In this document: positions 1-8,286 of the stretch, one piece after another
How the letters are laid out: the number at the start of each line of letters is the position of its first letter
Position numbering within the stretch: position 1 is the stretch's first letter
From: a virus
Taxonomy: Duplodnaviria > Caudoviricetes
Strand: one strand, 5' to 3'
IMG/VR virus record: IMGVR_UViG_3300033145_000309
Coordinates: 1 to 40,091 of that record
Length of the DNA: 40,091 nt
The notes under the pieces: generated by a model
The model's input: only the letters and a program-made list of their open reading frames with translations
Told to the model about the DNA's origin: nothing
Databases searched by the model: none
Position numbers and translations under genes: made by a program

Positions 1-114
1 ATATACTATAGTACGACCCATCGGCTGCTCTCAAAAGGAGTCGTAGTTTAACATAATTAACAGACTCCTTTTTTCTTTATGCCTGAATTAACATAAACAA
101 GGAGGTAAGAAATG
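1..114 (+). repeat. Terminal direct repeat copy 1 (identical to 39978-40091), most likely circular assembly overlap
   Basis: ATATACTATAGTACG...GGAGGTAAGAAATG identical at both ends. Confidence 0.95.
33..74 (+). terminator. Intrinsic terminator-like hairpin after ORF 39562-40023
   Basis: AAAAGGAGTC / GACTCCTTTT 10-bp stem, 20-nt loop, T-run. Confidence 0.6.
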
Positions 115-765
115 CTTACCAGGAAGAAGATGGATAATCTCCTCAAGAGCGGTAACTGGATGATACGAATGGATGATAATGGTGTGTCATATAATGGGTT
201 CAAGTGGAAGCCAAAAGGACAATGGACTGAAGCACCAGACTGGAATACAGCAGCTAGATGCGAGGGTGGGCTATTTGGGCAATCCCCCAAAGGAAGGGGA
301 TTTGCCAAAAGGGGTAAACGTCTAGTTCTCTGCGAAACTAAGGGCGAACAGATAGTGGTTGAGAACGAAAAGGTTAAAGTTCGATATGCCAAGATTATAG
401 CCATAAATAGTGAAATACCACCAATCTTTTTGGAAAGGTGTGGCGGTTCGCTCGACCTGGGTGGATGCGACCTTAAGGGGATAACACTGCCCCAGAGTGT
501 GGGCGGTTCGCTCGATTTGAGAGGATGCGACCTTAAGGGGATAACACTGCCCCAGAGTGTGGGCGGTTCGCTTGACCTGAGAGGATGCGACCTTAAGGGG
601 ATAACACTGCCCCAGAGTGTGTGCGGTTTGCTCGATTTGAGTGGGTGTGACCTTAAGGGGATAACCCTGCCCCAGAGTGTGGGCGGTTCGCTCTACTTGA
701 GTGGGTGTGACCTTAAGGGGATAACCTTGCCCTCCCATTTGAAGCCTAGAGTGATTACATATTAA
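112..765 (+). CDS. Phage protein with C-terminal 20-aa leucine-rich-like repeats
   Basis: RBS AGGAGG; five GGSLDLxGCDLKGITLPQSV units. Confidence 0.85.
   Translation: MLTRKKMDNLLKSGNWMIRMDDNGVSYNGFKWKPKGQWTEAPDWNTAARCEGGLFGQSPKGRGFAKRGKRLVLCETKGEQIVVENEKVKVRYAKIIAINSEIPPIFLERCGGSLDLGGCDLKGITLPQSVGGSLDLRGCDLKGITLPQSVGGSLDLRGCDLKGITLPQSVCGLLDLSGCDLKGITLPQSVGGSLYLSGCDLKGITLPSHLKPRVITY
442..732 (+). repeat. 60-bp coding tandem repeat, about 5 copies
   Basis: Units start at 442, 502, 562, 622, 682; core GACCTTAAGGGGATAAC. Confidence 0.95.
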
Positions 766-775
766 ACATAAACTA

Positions 776-803
776 TTGACAAACAAAAATGGGGATGTAG
801 AAT
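776..803 (+). promoter_or_regulatory. Sigma70/SigA-type promoter
   Basis: TTGACA-16 nt-TAGAAT upstream of RBS AGGAGG and ORF 831. Confidence 0.65.
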
Positions 804-830
804 AGTTGAACCACTATAAGGAGGTGGGAA

Positions 831-1211
831 ATGGTGTCATTAGAAAAGAGGTTCAATGGGAACAGTCAAGAGGTGCTAAATTATACAAAGACATGGGGAA
901 TGTGGAAAGCGATGTATAAATACGGGGTAAGAGACTCCATCGCTATGCGGAGGTGGCTAACAAAGAAAACGGGGGATGAGAATTATGGTACGCATACTAC
1001 ACTTTCTACATCCAACGGTGCTCATAATGGCTCTTGGGCTGACCAACTGCTGGAAGCGTTTCTACATAAGGTTTCTGCGATGGAAACTAAAAATGAAAGG
1101 CTGGAGCAGGAAATAGAGCTGTTACGCACCAAGTTGGACTACTATGAGACACAGGAGAAAGGACACCTGGAAAATAAAGCAGCTTTACTTTTGGAAAGGT
1201 GCAAAGCCTAG
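831..1211 (+). CDS. Hypothetical protein, possible DNA-binding regulator with C-terminal coiled coil
   Basis: Strong RBS, own promoter, heptad-like C-terminus. Confidence 0.7.
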   Translation: MVSLEKRFNGNSQEVLNYTKTWGMWKAMYKYGVRDSIAMRRWLTKKTGDENYGTHTTLSTSNGAHNGSWADQLLEAFLHKVSAMETKNERLEQEIELLRTKLDYYETQEKGHLENKAALLLERCKA

Positions 1212-1327
1212 GGGTAATAGATGAGAGTAAACAAATATAGACAGTGTCAACTATACTTGCGCAAGTCTAGAGTAGAGACTCGCAAAAGATTAAGGCTATT
1301 ACCTATTACACTACAGGAGGTCAAGTA

Positions 1328-1540
1328 ATGAATATGAAGGGTAAGCCTATGAGTAAATGGCGACCTGAGGGGTGGATAAACCCATACTTACAACAAGATG
1401 AGCGAGGCGATTATGTGAATAGTAGAGTTTATGAGGCTGGGGCTGACGCTATGCTTGAGGCGCTGAGAAATAATCAATGGTGCCCTTACGATTTGTCTGT
1501 GCTTAATGCCAACCGAAAAGGAGAGGGGGATGGATATTAA
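1328..1540 (+). CDS. Small phage hypothetical protein
   Basis: RBS AGGAGG; WRPEGWxNPY...YEAGADAMLEAL. Confidence 0.7.
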   Translation: MNMKGKPMSKWRPEGWINPYLQQDERGDYVNSRVYEAGADAMLEALRNNQWCPYDLSVLNANRKGEGDGY

Positions 1541-1736
1541 CTCATCAAGGTTTAGGGTAGAACTAGACAAGCATATTATGGGTGGTAGATACCGAAGATG
1601 GACTGAGGAGTTAGAGTGCAAGCACTGCGGGAAGAAGTGGGAAGCTAGGTTTGAACAAGAGTATGGTGTGGTTGATTATATTATGGATGATAATCTTTGC
1701 CCTGAATGTGGGGCAGATTACGAGGAGGCAAACTAA
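1506..1736 (+). CDS. Zinc-ribbon protein (start may be ATG 1530)
   Basis: CKHC...CPEC pairs. Confidence 0.7.
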   Translation: MPTEKERGMDINSSRFRVELDKHIMGGRYRRWTEELECKHCGKKWEARFEQEYGVVDYIMDDNLCPECGADYEEAN

Positions 1737-2038
1737 TGGACTATAGAGATATTAGACAATGGACAGAACAAAACGCTAATGGTTTAATGCTCGAAGTTAG
1801 CTTTTCTCAAGACGACGTAGACCATATAGCGATGTGCTTAGACCATATTTATAGATGGTATCACGAAGGTTATCCCATCGGAGATTTTTTAACAGCGGTA
1901 GTTAGAAATGACTTTTGTGAGGCTTGCTATCACGCTGATGATGCGAACCGCAAAGCTCTATACCTATATGCCATATTCCTTGCCAACAAGATACCCTTTG
2001 ACTATAGAAAGAAAGCTAATCCTGAAAAAAACCAATAA
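1736..2038 (+). CDS. Phage hypothetical protein
   Basis: TAATG coupling with RBS GAGGAGG; GDFLTAVVRNDF motif. Confidence 0.7.
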   Translation: MDYRDIRQWTEQNANGLMLEVSFSQDDVDHIAMCLDHIYRWYHEGYPIGDFLTAVVRNDFCEACYHADDANRKALYLYAIFLANKIPFDYRKKANPEKNQ

Positions 2039-2073
2039 TAAGAGGGTAGGATATGACAAGATTAGAATATAAC

Positions 2074-2102
2074 TTGCACAAGTTAATAATTTATAGTATT
2101 AT
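2074..2102 (+). promoter_or_regulatory. Putative sigma70-type promoter overlapping a palindrome
   Basis: TTGCAC-17 nt-TATTAT; AACTTGCACAAGTT dyad at 2071-2084. Confidence 0.5.
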
Positions 2103-2164
2103 GTAACTATAATAGGACGGAGCGTTAAGATGATAACTAAATTAACTAAAGGAGTTAGACCCTG

Positions 2165-2362
2165 ATGAAAATAATACCAGCTGAAGCAAAGGATAAATAT
2201 ACTATTCAAGAGCAATACTTGAACTTGAGAGTTAGGGAGGGGCTTAATGATGATGCTGCCTGGTATTTAATTGAAAGCAGGATCGGTAAGGTCCACCAGT
2301 TTCTTAAGGATGAAAGTAGGGAATACTTTAACTTAAAGGCGGTATTAAGTGAGAGTGGGTGA
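2165..2362 (+). CDS. Hypothetical protein
   Basis: RBS AAGGAG; operon position. Confidence 0.6.
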   Translation: MKIIPAEAKDKYTIQEQYLNLRVREGLNDDAAWYLIESRIGKVHQFLKDESREYFNLKAVLSESG

Positions 2363-2585
2363 AATCACAACACCCAATACCAAGCCATCTAAAGTGCCAT
2401 CTAAAGTTGCGATAATAGGACAACACCACCAGTATTTTATAGTTCAAAGGATTATCGTAAATGGAAACGACACGCGCTTAGGCGCACCTTTTATGGTGCT
2501 TAAATACCGTGTAAATAATATACAATGTATTGAAGAGAAATACGTAGAGTATAAGGATGTAAGAAATGAAAATAATAACGTGTGA
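2349..2585 (+). CDS. Hypothetical protein
   Basis: GTG start overlapping previous gene. Confidence 0.5.
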   Translation: MRVGEITTPNTKPSKVPSKVAIIGQHHQYFIVQRIIVNGNDTRLGAPFMVLKYRVNNIQCIEEKYVEYKDVRNENNNV

Positions 2586-2703
2586 TAAGCGGGGGTGCGA
2601 TGCCAAGATACTTGAAGGGGAGGAGGAAAAGGGAAGTGTGATATCTTTCTCAGTCCCACCTTCACCAACGCTATATCCAAGAACTAACAGTGAACACTAT
2701 TGA
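2566..2703 (+). pseudogene. Truncated paralogue of ORF 2930-3154 (45 aa)
   Basis: MKIITCDKRGCDAKILEGEEE versus MKTIRCDKCGVEILENEEE. Confidence 0.5.
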
Positions 2704-2730
2704 AGATATAGAAAGGGAATTAGGATATAA

Positions 2731-2949
2731 GTGAGAAATTGTATGGCGTCTTTCTTTTGTAAACATTACTCAAGTGGGGACAATAAACCACCAAATAATG
2801 ATGTGCGAGATAAATTTGCTTGTATCCACTACACATCTATGAAATGTCCTGTGATAGATGCTATCTGTAAACTTGAGGAATACGCGCTGGATAAACCTGT
2901 AGCTTGTAAAATAAAGAAAGGAGGGAAAGATGAAAACAATAAGGTGTGA
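2731..2949 (+). CDS. Cys-rich hypothetical protein
   Basis: ORF track; multiple Cys. Confidence 0.5.
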   Translation: MRNCMASFFCKHYSSGDNKPPNNDVRDKFACIHYTSMKCPVIDAICKLEEYALDKPVACKIKKGGKDENNKV

Positions 2950-3154
2950 TAAGTGTGGGGTGGAGATACTTGAAAACGAGGAGGAATCTTTTAAGTGGGG
3001 CAGCGTGCGTATATGTGGGCTTGAATTTGATTTATGTCCCAAGCACTATGAGGAATATTACGAGTTTAAAAGGGTGTTAGAAGTTGGCACGGACAAACAG
3101 GCAGAGGCATGGCTTAAGGGAGAGTTAATTGGACAAGAACAAAAAGCACTATGA
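2930..3154 (+). CDS. Small zinc-binding protein
   Basis: RBS GGAGG; CDKC...DLCPKH. Confidence 0.7.
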   Translation: MKTIRCDKCGVEILENEEESFKWGSVRICGLEFDLCPKHYEEYYEFKRVLEVGTDKQAEAWLKGELIGQEQKAL

Positions 3155-4031
3155 GGAGTATTACAAGAGGTATAGAGAGAGGCAACGAGACTCAGGGCTG
3201 AAAGTTGTAACCAGGGATATGCGCCCACTTTCAAAGGTTTACCTGGTACCCCTTTCAGATTTTCACATCGGGTGTAATACTATAGGAATTGATGCGATTA
3301 AGGGATACCTTGATTGGGTAAAGAGCCGTGATAATGCTGTTGTTGTTCTTAATGGGGATTTAATGAACTGTGCAGGAAAGGATACATCGCCTGAATTGTA
3401 CGAGGACTTAACAACGCCTGACGAAGCGTATGAACAACTAAAGATACTGCTAACCCCAATAAAAGATAAGATAGTAATGATAACAAGGGGCGGGCACGAG
3501 GAGGCTATCTTCCGTAAGGTGGGAACTGATTATATGGCGCATCTATGCCACGACCTGCGACCTGATAATATTCCTGATTTAGTCCACAAGCATGATATTC
3601 CTTACAGACCTAATGGCGGGGCTTTTGCATTATGGCTGTCAAAGAATAGTCATACGTTTGTATTCTGGGGTTACGCTACACACGGTTGGGGTGGCTCTAG
3701 AACTATAGGGGCTAAAGTTAAGAAGGCGCAGGATTTAAGTTGGGTAGCCAACGTTGATATATACATACTCTCACACGACCATACGCAGAACATAAACAGA
3801 AGTAACGTTTTAGAGCCGCCACGCAGTCGCGTCTCACCTAACAGACCTATCTATATGCGGAGAGGGCGTAAGCTATTCGCCAATACGGGAGGGTTTATTG
3901 ATTATAGTGGCTATATACAACGGAAGGGCTATACCCCACAGGATTTAGGCACACCAAGAATAAGACTTGAGGTTAAGCAAACATCTAAAGGTAACATTGG
4001 TTATCATAAGGATATTCACGCATCAGTATAG
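3129..4031 (+). CDS. Calcineurin-like metallophosphoesterase
   Basis: Ordered motifs SDFH, NGD, GGHE, THG, SHDH. Confidence 0.85.
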   Translation: MDKNKKHYEEYYKRYRERQRDSGLKVVTRDMRPLSKVYLVPLSDFHIGCNTIGIDAIKGYLDWVKSRDNAVVVLNGDLMNCAGKDTSPELYEDLTTPDEAYEQLKILLTPIKDKIVMITRGGHEEAIFRKVGTDYMAHLCHDLRPDNIPDLVHKHDIPYRPNGGAFALWLSKNSHTFVFWGYATHGWGGSRTIGAKVKKAQDLSWVANVDIYILSHDHTQNINRSNVLEPPRSRVSPNRPIYMRRGRKLFANTGGFIDYSGYIQRKGYTPQDLGTPRIRLEVKQTSKGNIGYHKDIHASV

Positions 4032-4040
4032 GGGGTTAAA

Positions 4041-4553
4041 ATGAGCAACCAGATAATTAAAGAGGACATCAACTTAATAGTCAAACTAATCAAGTTTATA
4101 GTTAGCCTTTTCCACAAGTCAACTGATGGTTCGCTCCTTACTAATTACCCGAAGTGTCAGATAAAGTGGACAGATATGGAGAAGAGCCTGGATGAGCTAG
4201 GGCTTGATTGTATGCTCAAATCCAAATACATTCCAGATTCTATAGTCAGCTACACTGATAAAGAAAGCTGGGCAAAGATAGTGCCTTATCTGACCCTGCC
4301 AGCAGACCTCTATGTGAACAAGGATGCTGACTGTGACGACTATTCTCAGTGGGCAGCTGCGGAATCCTCAATGAAGTTCAAGAGAAAGTGCTTGCAATGC
4401 TGGGGTAACACACCTTATGGCTATCATGCCTTCAACATGGTTCAGGTAGCGCATAATAAATATATGTATTTTGAACCTAATGCTGGCTTTCCATTTGCGG
4501 GGAAGCTATTCAATGCAGGGGAACATGGATATATACCTGAAGCATGGAAATAA
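4041..4553 (+). CDS. Papain/transglutaminase-like cysteine hydrolase (agglutinin C-terminal-like)
   Basis: DCDDYS, HAFN, YFEP triad-like motifs; hydrophobic N-terminus. Confidence 0.65.
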   Translation: MSNQIIKEDINLIVKLIKFIVSLFHKSTDGSLLTNYPKCQIKWTDMEKSLDELGLDCMLKSKYIPDSIVSYTDKESWAKIVPYLTLPADLYVNKDADCDDYSQWAAAESSMKFKRKCLQCWGNTPYGYHAFNMVQVAHNKYMYFEPNAGFPFAGKLFNAGEHGYIPEAWK

Positions 4554-4834
4554 AGCGAAAGGGAATTACAATGAAAACCATGACGCAAGCTGATAAAGTC
4601 TACAAGGAAGCCAAGACGCAAGCTGAGGAGGTCTACGAAAAGTCCGTAGCGCCATATAGAGAAGCCTACGGGGAAGCCTGTAGAGCTATGGAGGTTTTCA
4701 AGAAGGCCCTAGCGTCATATAGAGAAGCCTACGATGAAGCTATAAAGCAAGCCGAGAAGGTTTGCAAGGAAACCATGGCGCAAGCTAAAGAAGTCTACAA
4801 GAAGGCCATAAAGGATGCTCGAAATGAAAGCTAA
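4544..4834 (+). CDS. Helical repeat protein (11-aa A-x-x-x-Y-x-E-A repeats)
   Basis: Degenerate 33-bp repeats with GAAGCCTAC/GAGGTCTAC cores. Confidence 0.7.
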   Translation: MEIKRKGITMKTMTQADKVYKEAKTQAEEVYEKSVAPYREAYGEACRAMEVFKKALASYREAYDEAIKQAEKVCKETMAQAKEVYKKAIKDARNES

Positions 4835-4967
4835 AAAGCAAGCTATAGAAGTCTCCAACGAAGCCTACGAGAAAGCCACAGCGCCGACTCGGAAAGCCTA
4901 CCTGAAAGCCATAAAGGAGGAATGGAGGATAAGAAATGATAGTAACAATAACCATGAGAGAGATTAG
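4824..4967 (+). CDS. Short paralogue of the upstream helical repeat protein (47 aa, below track cutoff)
   Basis: MKAKKQAIEVSNEAYEKATAPTRKAYLKAIKEE... Confidence 0.45.
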   Translation: MKAKKQAIEVSNEAYEKATAPTRKAYLKAIKEEWRIRNDSNNNHERD

Positions 4968-5442
4968 AGAGGGGGCAAAGGGGGATTACCTCTATATCAA
5001 GTATGTAACAAGCAAAGGTAAGGAGAGCGGTAAGGCAGTATTCAACCAACTAAAGGATAAGTGGGAAATGTGCCAGGAGAACGCAACTGTTGACCTCAAA
5101 CTAGACGAGAGATATAACGTGATTGATATTCAAAGTGTGAGTGAACAACTACCCGAACCCCAAGTTTCAACGCCAGAGAGTGAAACCCCGCCATCATCTC
5201 AGTCAACAGATGTTGAAACTGCGCCAGAGAGTGAAACCCCGCCACCTCATGCCGTAAATACAAAGAACCGTTCCTATGCCTTGTCCTATGCAAAGGACTT
5301 GGTAGTAGCCAAGGTTATTGAAGCGGATAAGGTACTGTCTTATGCTGAAGTGTTTGATAGGTTCTTGAATGGTGATATTTCCGTGCAAGACGAAGCGGTA
5401 TTCAAATCTCTAATAGAAAAGCACTTCAAGATTAAGGGGTAG
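4936..5442 (+). CDS. Putative ssDNA-binding/recombination protein
   Basis: Beta-rich N-terminus, Pro-rich linker with duplicated PESETPP, directly upstream of primase. Confidence 0.45.
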   Translation: MIVTITMREIREGAKGDYLYIKYVTSKGKESGKAVFNQLKDKWEMCQENATVDLKLDERYNVIDIQSVSEQLPEPQVSTPESETPPSSQSTDVETAPESETPPPHAVNTKNRSYALSYAKDLVVAKVIEADKVLSYAEVFDRFLNGDISVQDEAVFKSLIEKHFKIKG

Positions 5443-5445
5443 GTA

Positions 5446-6300
5446 ATGACTGATATATCTGAAATACTACCTAGATTAAAGGGCGTTAAGAAAACAAGTA
5501 ATGGCTACGTGGCCTTCTGCCCAGCCCATGAGGACAGAACAAACCGTAGCCTGACCTTAACGCAAAAAGATGGCAAGCTGCTAATGCACTGTTTTGTTGG
5601 TTGCTCTTTCGGCAGTATCCTTGAGGCAGCGGGTTTTTCTAAAGAGAGTATAGAGTCAATCCCATTGATGGAAGATGTCTACGACTACACCGATGCCGAG
5701 GGAAATCTGATTTATCAAGTCGTTAGATACTACCCCAAGAGCTTCATGCAAAGAAGGGCTGACGGTAATGGGGGTTATATCTGGAACTTGAAGGGTATTG
5801 AGCAGGTTCTATACCAATTACCAAAGGTTATTGAGGCAGTGAGCAGAAACAAAACCATCTTTATAGTTGAGGGTGAGAAGGACTGTATAAATCTCGGTTC
5901 GTATGGATTAACTGCAACCACAAACTCAGGAGGGGCTTCGGCTAAATGGCTGCCTCAATACACTGAGGTATTAAAGAACGCACAAGTAGCTATAATTCCA
6001 GACAACGATAATGTGGGTAGGAAGCACGCGGAAAAGATAGCCTCATTCCTGTACGGTTGGGTGGGCAGCCTTAAAGTTCTCAATTTGGGTAGTAAAGACG
6101 TTACCGAGTGGCTTAAAACGCATAACCTAGACGAGCTTGATACGCTGATAGAAACCACCAAAGAATATGTGCCCATCGGTGCAGTTACCAGGGATGAGTT
6201 TAACTCCCTTAAGGGCCATATCAGATACATTCAGGATAGATTATACCAACGTGCAGGGAACAAGGAATACACCTTTACGGATGTCAAGGATAGTTATTGA
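5446..6300 (+). CDS. DNA primase (Zn-binding domain plus TOPRIM)
   Basis: CPAHED...HCFVGC; VEGEKD; IIPDND. Confidence 0.9.
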   Translation: MTDISEILPRLKGVKKTSNGYVAFCPAHEDRTNRSLTLTQKDGKLLMHCFVGCSFGSILEAAGFSKESIESIPLMEDVYDYTDAEGNLIYQVVRYYPKSFMQRRADGNGGYIWNLKGIEQVLYQLPKVIEAVSRNKTIFIVEGEKDCINLGSYGLTATTNSGGASAKWLPQYTEVLKNAQVAIIPDNDNVGRKHAEKIASFLYGWVGSLKVLNLGSKDVTEWLKTHNLDELDTLIETTKEYVPIGAVTRDEFNSLKGHIRYIQDRLYQRAGNKEYTFTDVKDSY

Positions 6301-6306
6301 GCCTGC

Positions 6307-6383
6307 GTAACATTGGTGTTAACAAATTGTAACACCGTAACAATGGCAACAAAGGTAACAAATGTAACAATGGAGATGTAATA
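6307..6383. repeat. Iteron-like (G)TAACA repeat cluster, candidate replication origin
   Basis: About 7 GTAACA/TTAACA/GCAACA copies in the primase-helicase gap. Confidence 0.55.
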
Positions 6384-7238
6384 TTGGCTGAATTAACACA
6401 ACAGCAGTTGGAGGAATGGATATTGACTCAGGTAACTGGCACATTTCATTACACGAAGGCAATGGATGGGCAAGTAAAACCCAGTCAATACCCTAAGTTA
6501 AGGGTAATGATGCACAGGTTAAAGGATAAGGGAATTGCCTACCCTGTTAACGGTAGGGATGGTTGGTGGCGACCTGCCGATAAAAAGCTGGAGGAAATAT
6601 GTTGGTGGGAATCGGATGGTGTTATTGGGGAGAATCTTTTGCTACCGTTGGGCTTAAACAAGTTTTGCTATATTCCGAAACCATCATTAGTTTTAGTATC
6701 TGGCAAATATAACGCCGGCAAAACAGCCTTTTGTATAAACCTTGTGAACCTGAATCTTGAACTCTGGGAGAATAAAATAGACTTCTACGTTAGCGAGGGT
6801 TTGGAATTGATGGGCAGAAAGTTTAAGGCGCTTAACTCCTTTATCCCTAAGCCCCCACCATTCAAAACCTATCGGAGAACAGAGAACTTTGCTGATGTTA
6901 TAGTACCTAATCACCTAAGCGTTGTTGATTACTTGAGGGTTGATATGGATAGACCGTTTGCTGCAACAAATAAGCTCTTTGAGATATACAATACATTGGG
7001 GGAATCTGGGATTGCTGTGGTTGCCATGCAGAAACCACCAGGAGATAGGAAGTTGGCCTTTGGTGGGGCTTCTACTGCCTTTGAGCCTTCTCTATACATT
7101 GCAATGGATACGGGTTGGTTGGGTTTTGAGAAGATAAAGATACCTAAGATATTAGATTACGACCCCTACAGTCTGAGGGTAGAGTTTAACATAGATAAAG
7201 GGGTTAACTTCACTGATGTTCATGAGGTAGTAGAATGA
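6384..7238 (+). CDS. RecA/DnaB-like P-loop helicase
   Basis: Walker A GKYNAGKT, Walker B VVDYL, VVAMQ motif; follows primase. Confidence 0.8.
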   Translation: MAELTQQQLEEWILTQVTGTFHYTKAMDGQVKPSQYPKLRVMMHRLKDKGIAYPVNGRDGWWRPADKKLEEICWWESDGVIGENLLLPLGLNKFCYIPKPSLVLVSGKYNAGKTAFCINLVNLNLELWENKIDFYVSEGLELMGRKFKALNSFIPKPPPFKTYRRTENFADVIVPNHLSVVDYLRVDMDRPFAATNKLFEIYNTLGESGIAVVAMQKPPGDRKLAFGGASTAFEPSLYIAMDTGWLGFEKIKIPKILDYDPYSLRVEFNIDKGVNFTDVHEVVE

Positions 7239-7262
7239 CAAGCTTTAACATACAGGAGAGCC

Positions 7263-7294
7263 ATGAATAAGAAATATCAGATTATATATGCTGA
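7263..7294 (+). pseudogene. N-terminal stub of an MT-A70-type adenine methyltransferase
   Basis: Encodes MNKKYQIIYA, the usual lead-in to the DPPW motif, which is absent here. Confidence 0.6.
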
Positions 7295-7306
7295 AAGGAG
7301 GAGGGG

Positions 7307-7969
7307 ATGGCATTAAATAAACAGAAGGGTAATATGTATGCCTTTGTTACCCATACTTGGAATCCGATAAGAGGTAAGTGTCCACACGATTGCTCTTATT
7401 GCTATATGAAGGGCTTGAATGTAGGCGGGTTGAGGTTTGTGGAAAAGGAAATGGAAACAAATCTTGGTGAGGGCAACTTTATATTCGTAGGTAGTTCAAC
7501 GGATATGTGGTGCATTGATTCTCTTTTCGGATGGATAACTGCCGTCCTTGCCCACTGCGATGGCTACAATAACCGCTATTTATTCCAGAGCAAAAACCCT
7601 GAGAGGTTCCATAATAATTTCTGTTTTCCAGCGAATACTATATTGGGCACGACTATTGAAACAAACAGACTTTATGCTATAGGCGGGGCACCAAGAACAA
7701 TGCAGCGTATGGAAACTATACGGGGACTTGACTTTCCCAAGATGGTCAGCATAGAACCAATCATGGATTTTGACCTTGATGTTATGGTGGACTGGATAAA
7801 GATAATTAAGCCTGATTTCATAAGCATAGGGGCTGACAGTAAGGGGCATAAACTGCCAGAACCGCCAGCCGAAAAAGTCCAGCAACTCATTGAACTTTTA
7901 CAGAGGATTACCATAGTGAAACAAAAGGATAACCTTAAAAGGTTGTTGGGGAAACGAAGTAGAAAGTGA
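7307..7969 (+). CDS. Radical SAM protein, DUF5131 (Gp37/Gp68-like) family
   Basis: TWNPIRGKCPHDCSYCY (CxxxCxxC), FVGSSTD, QSKNP, VSIEP. Confidence 0.85.
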   Translation: MALNKQKGNMYAFVTHTWNPIRGKCPHDCSYCYMKGLNVGGLRFVEKEMETNLGEGNFIFVGSSTDMWCIDSLFGWITAVLAHCDGYNNRYLFQSKNPERFHNNFCFPANTILGTTIETNRLYAIGGAPRTMQRMETIRGLDFPKMVSIEPIMDFDLDVMVDWIKIIKPDFISIGADSKGHKLPEPPAEKVQQLIELLQRITIVKQKDNLKRLLGKRSRK

Positions 7970-7982
7970 TATAGAGCTATGA
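7947..7982 (+). pseudogene. C-terminal stub of an MT-A70-type methyltransferase (repeated at 8258-8290)
   Basis: Encodes WGNEVESDIEL-stop; second copy encodes GNEVESDIEL-stop. Confidence 0.6.
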
Positions 7983-8012
7983 ATAAGAAACATATACTGA
8001 AAGGAGGAGGGG

Positions 8013-8270
8013 ATGAAAGAATACTATTGCAAAGTAAATGAAGCACCAAAGGAAATCACTAATAGGGATAAGGAGAAGGGGATGAAAGTGGATAATTGCT
8101 ACCAATGCATACACTACCAGTCCTGTTTCTTACGGAAGGGCTTAGGTGAATTACTTGATGAGGGTTTCCATAAAGAGATTGTGGGTGGGAAGCCAATAAT
8201 AAAGAACAGCATCCCCTTGCCGTTCTTCAGGATGATGGTGGCAATCTGTAACCTAAAGGCAACGAAGTAG
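8013..8270 (+). CDS. Cys-containing hypothetical protein
   Basis: RBS AGGAGG; CYQCIHYQSC. Confidence 0.65.
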   Translation: MKEYYCKVNEAPKEITNRDKEKGMKVDNCYQCIHYQSCFLRKGLGELLDEGFHKEIVGGKPIIKNSIPLPFFRMMVAICNLKATK

Positions 8271-8286
8271 AAAGTGACATAGAGCT

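Noticed and set aside
1-114. Biological terminal repeat of the virion DNA
   Set aside because: It cuts through an ORF and ends on a start codon, which fits an assembly overlap; real termini cannot be determined from this sequence
57-786. Antisense ORFs 57-404 and 322-786
   Set aside because: Shadows of ORF 112-765 and its 60-bp repeat
5446-7238. Read-through or frameshift fusion of primase and helicase
   Set aside because: Both relevant frames contain stops in the gap (TAA 6379, TAA 6330) and the helicase has its own GGAG RBS
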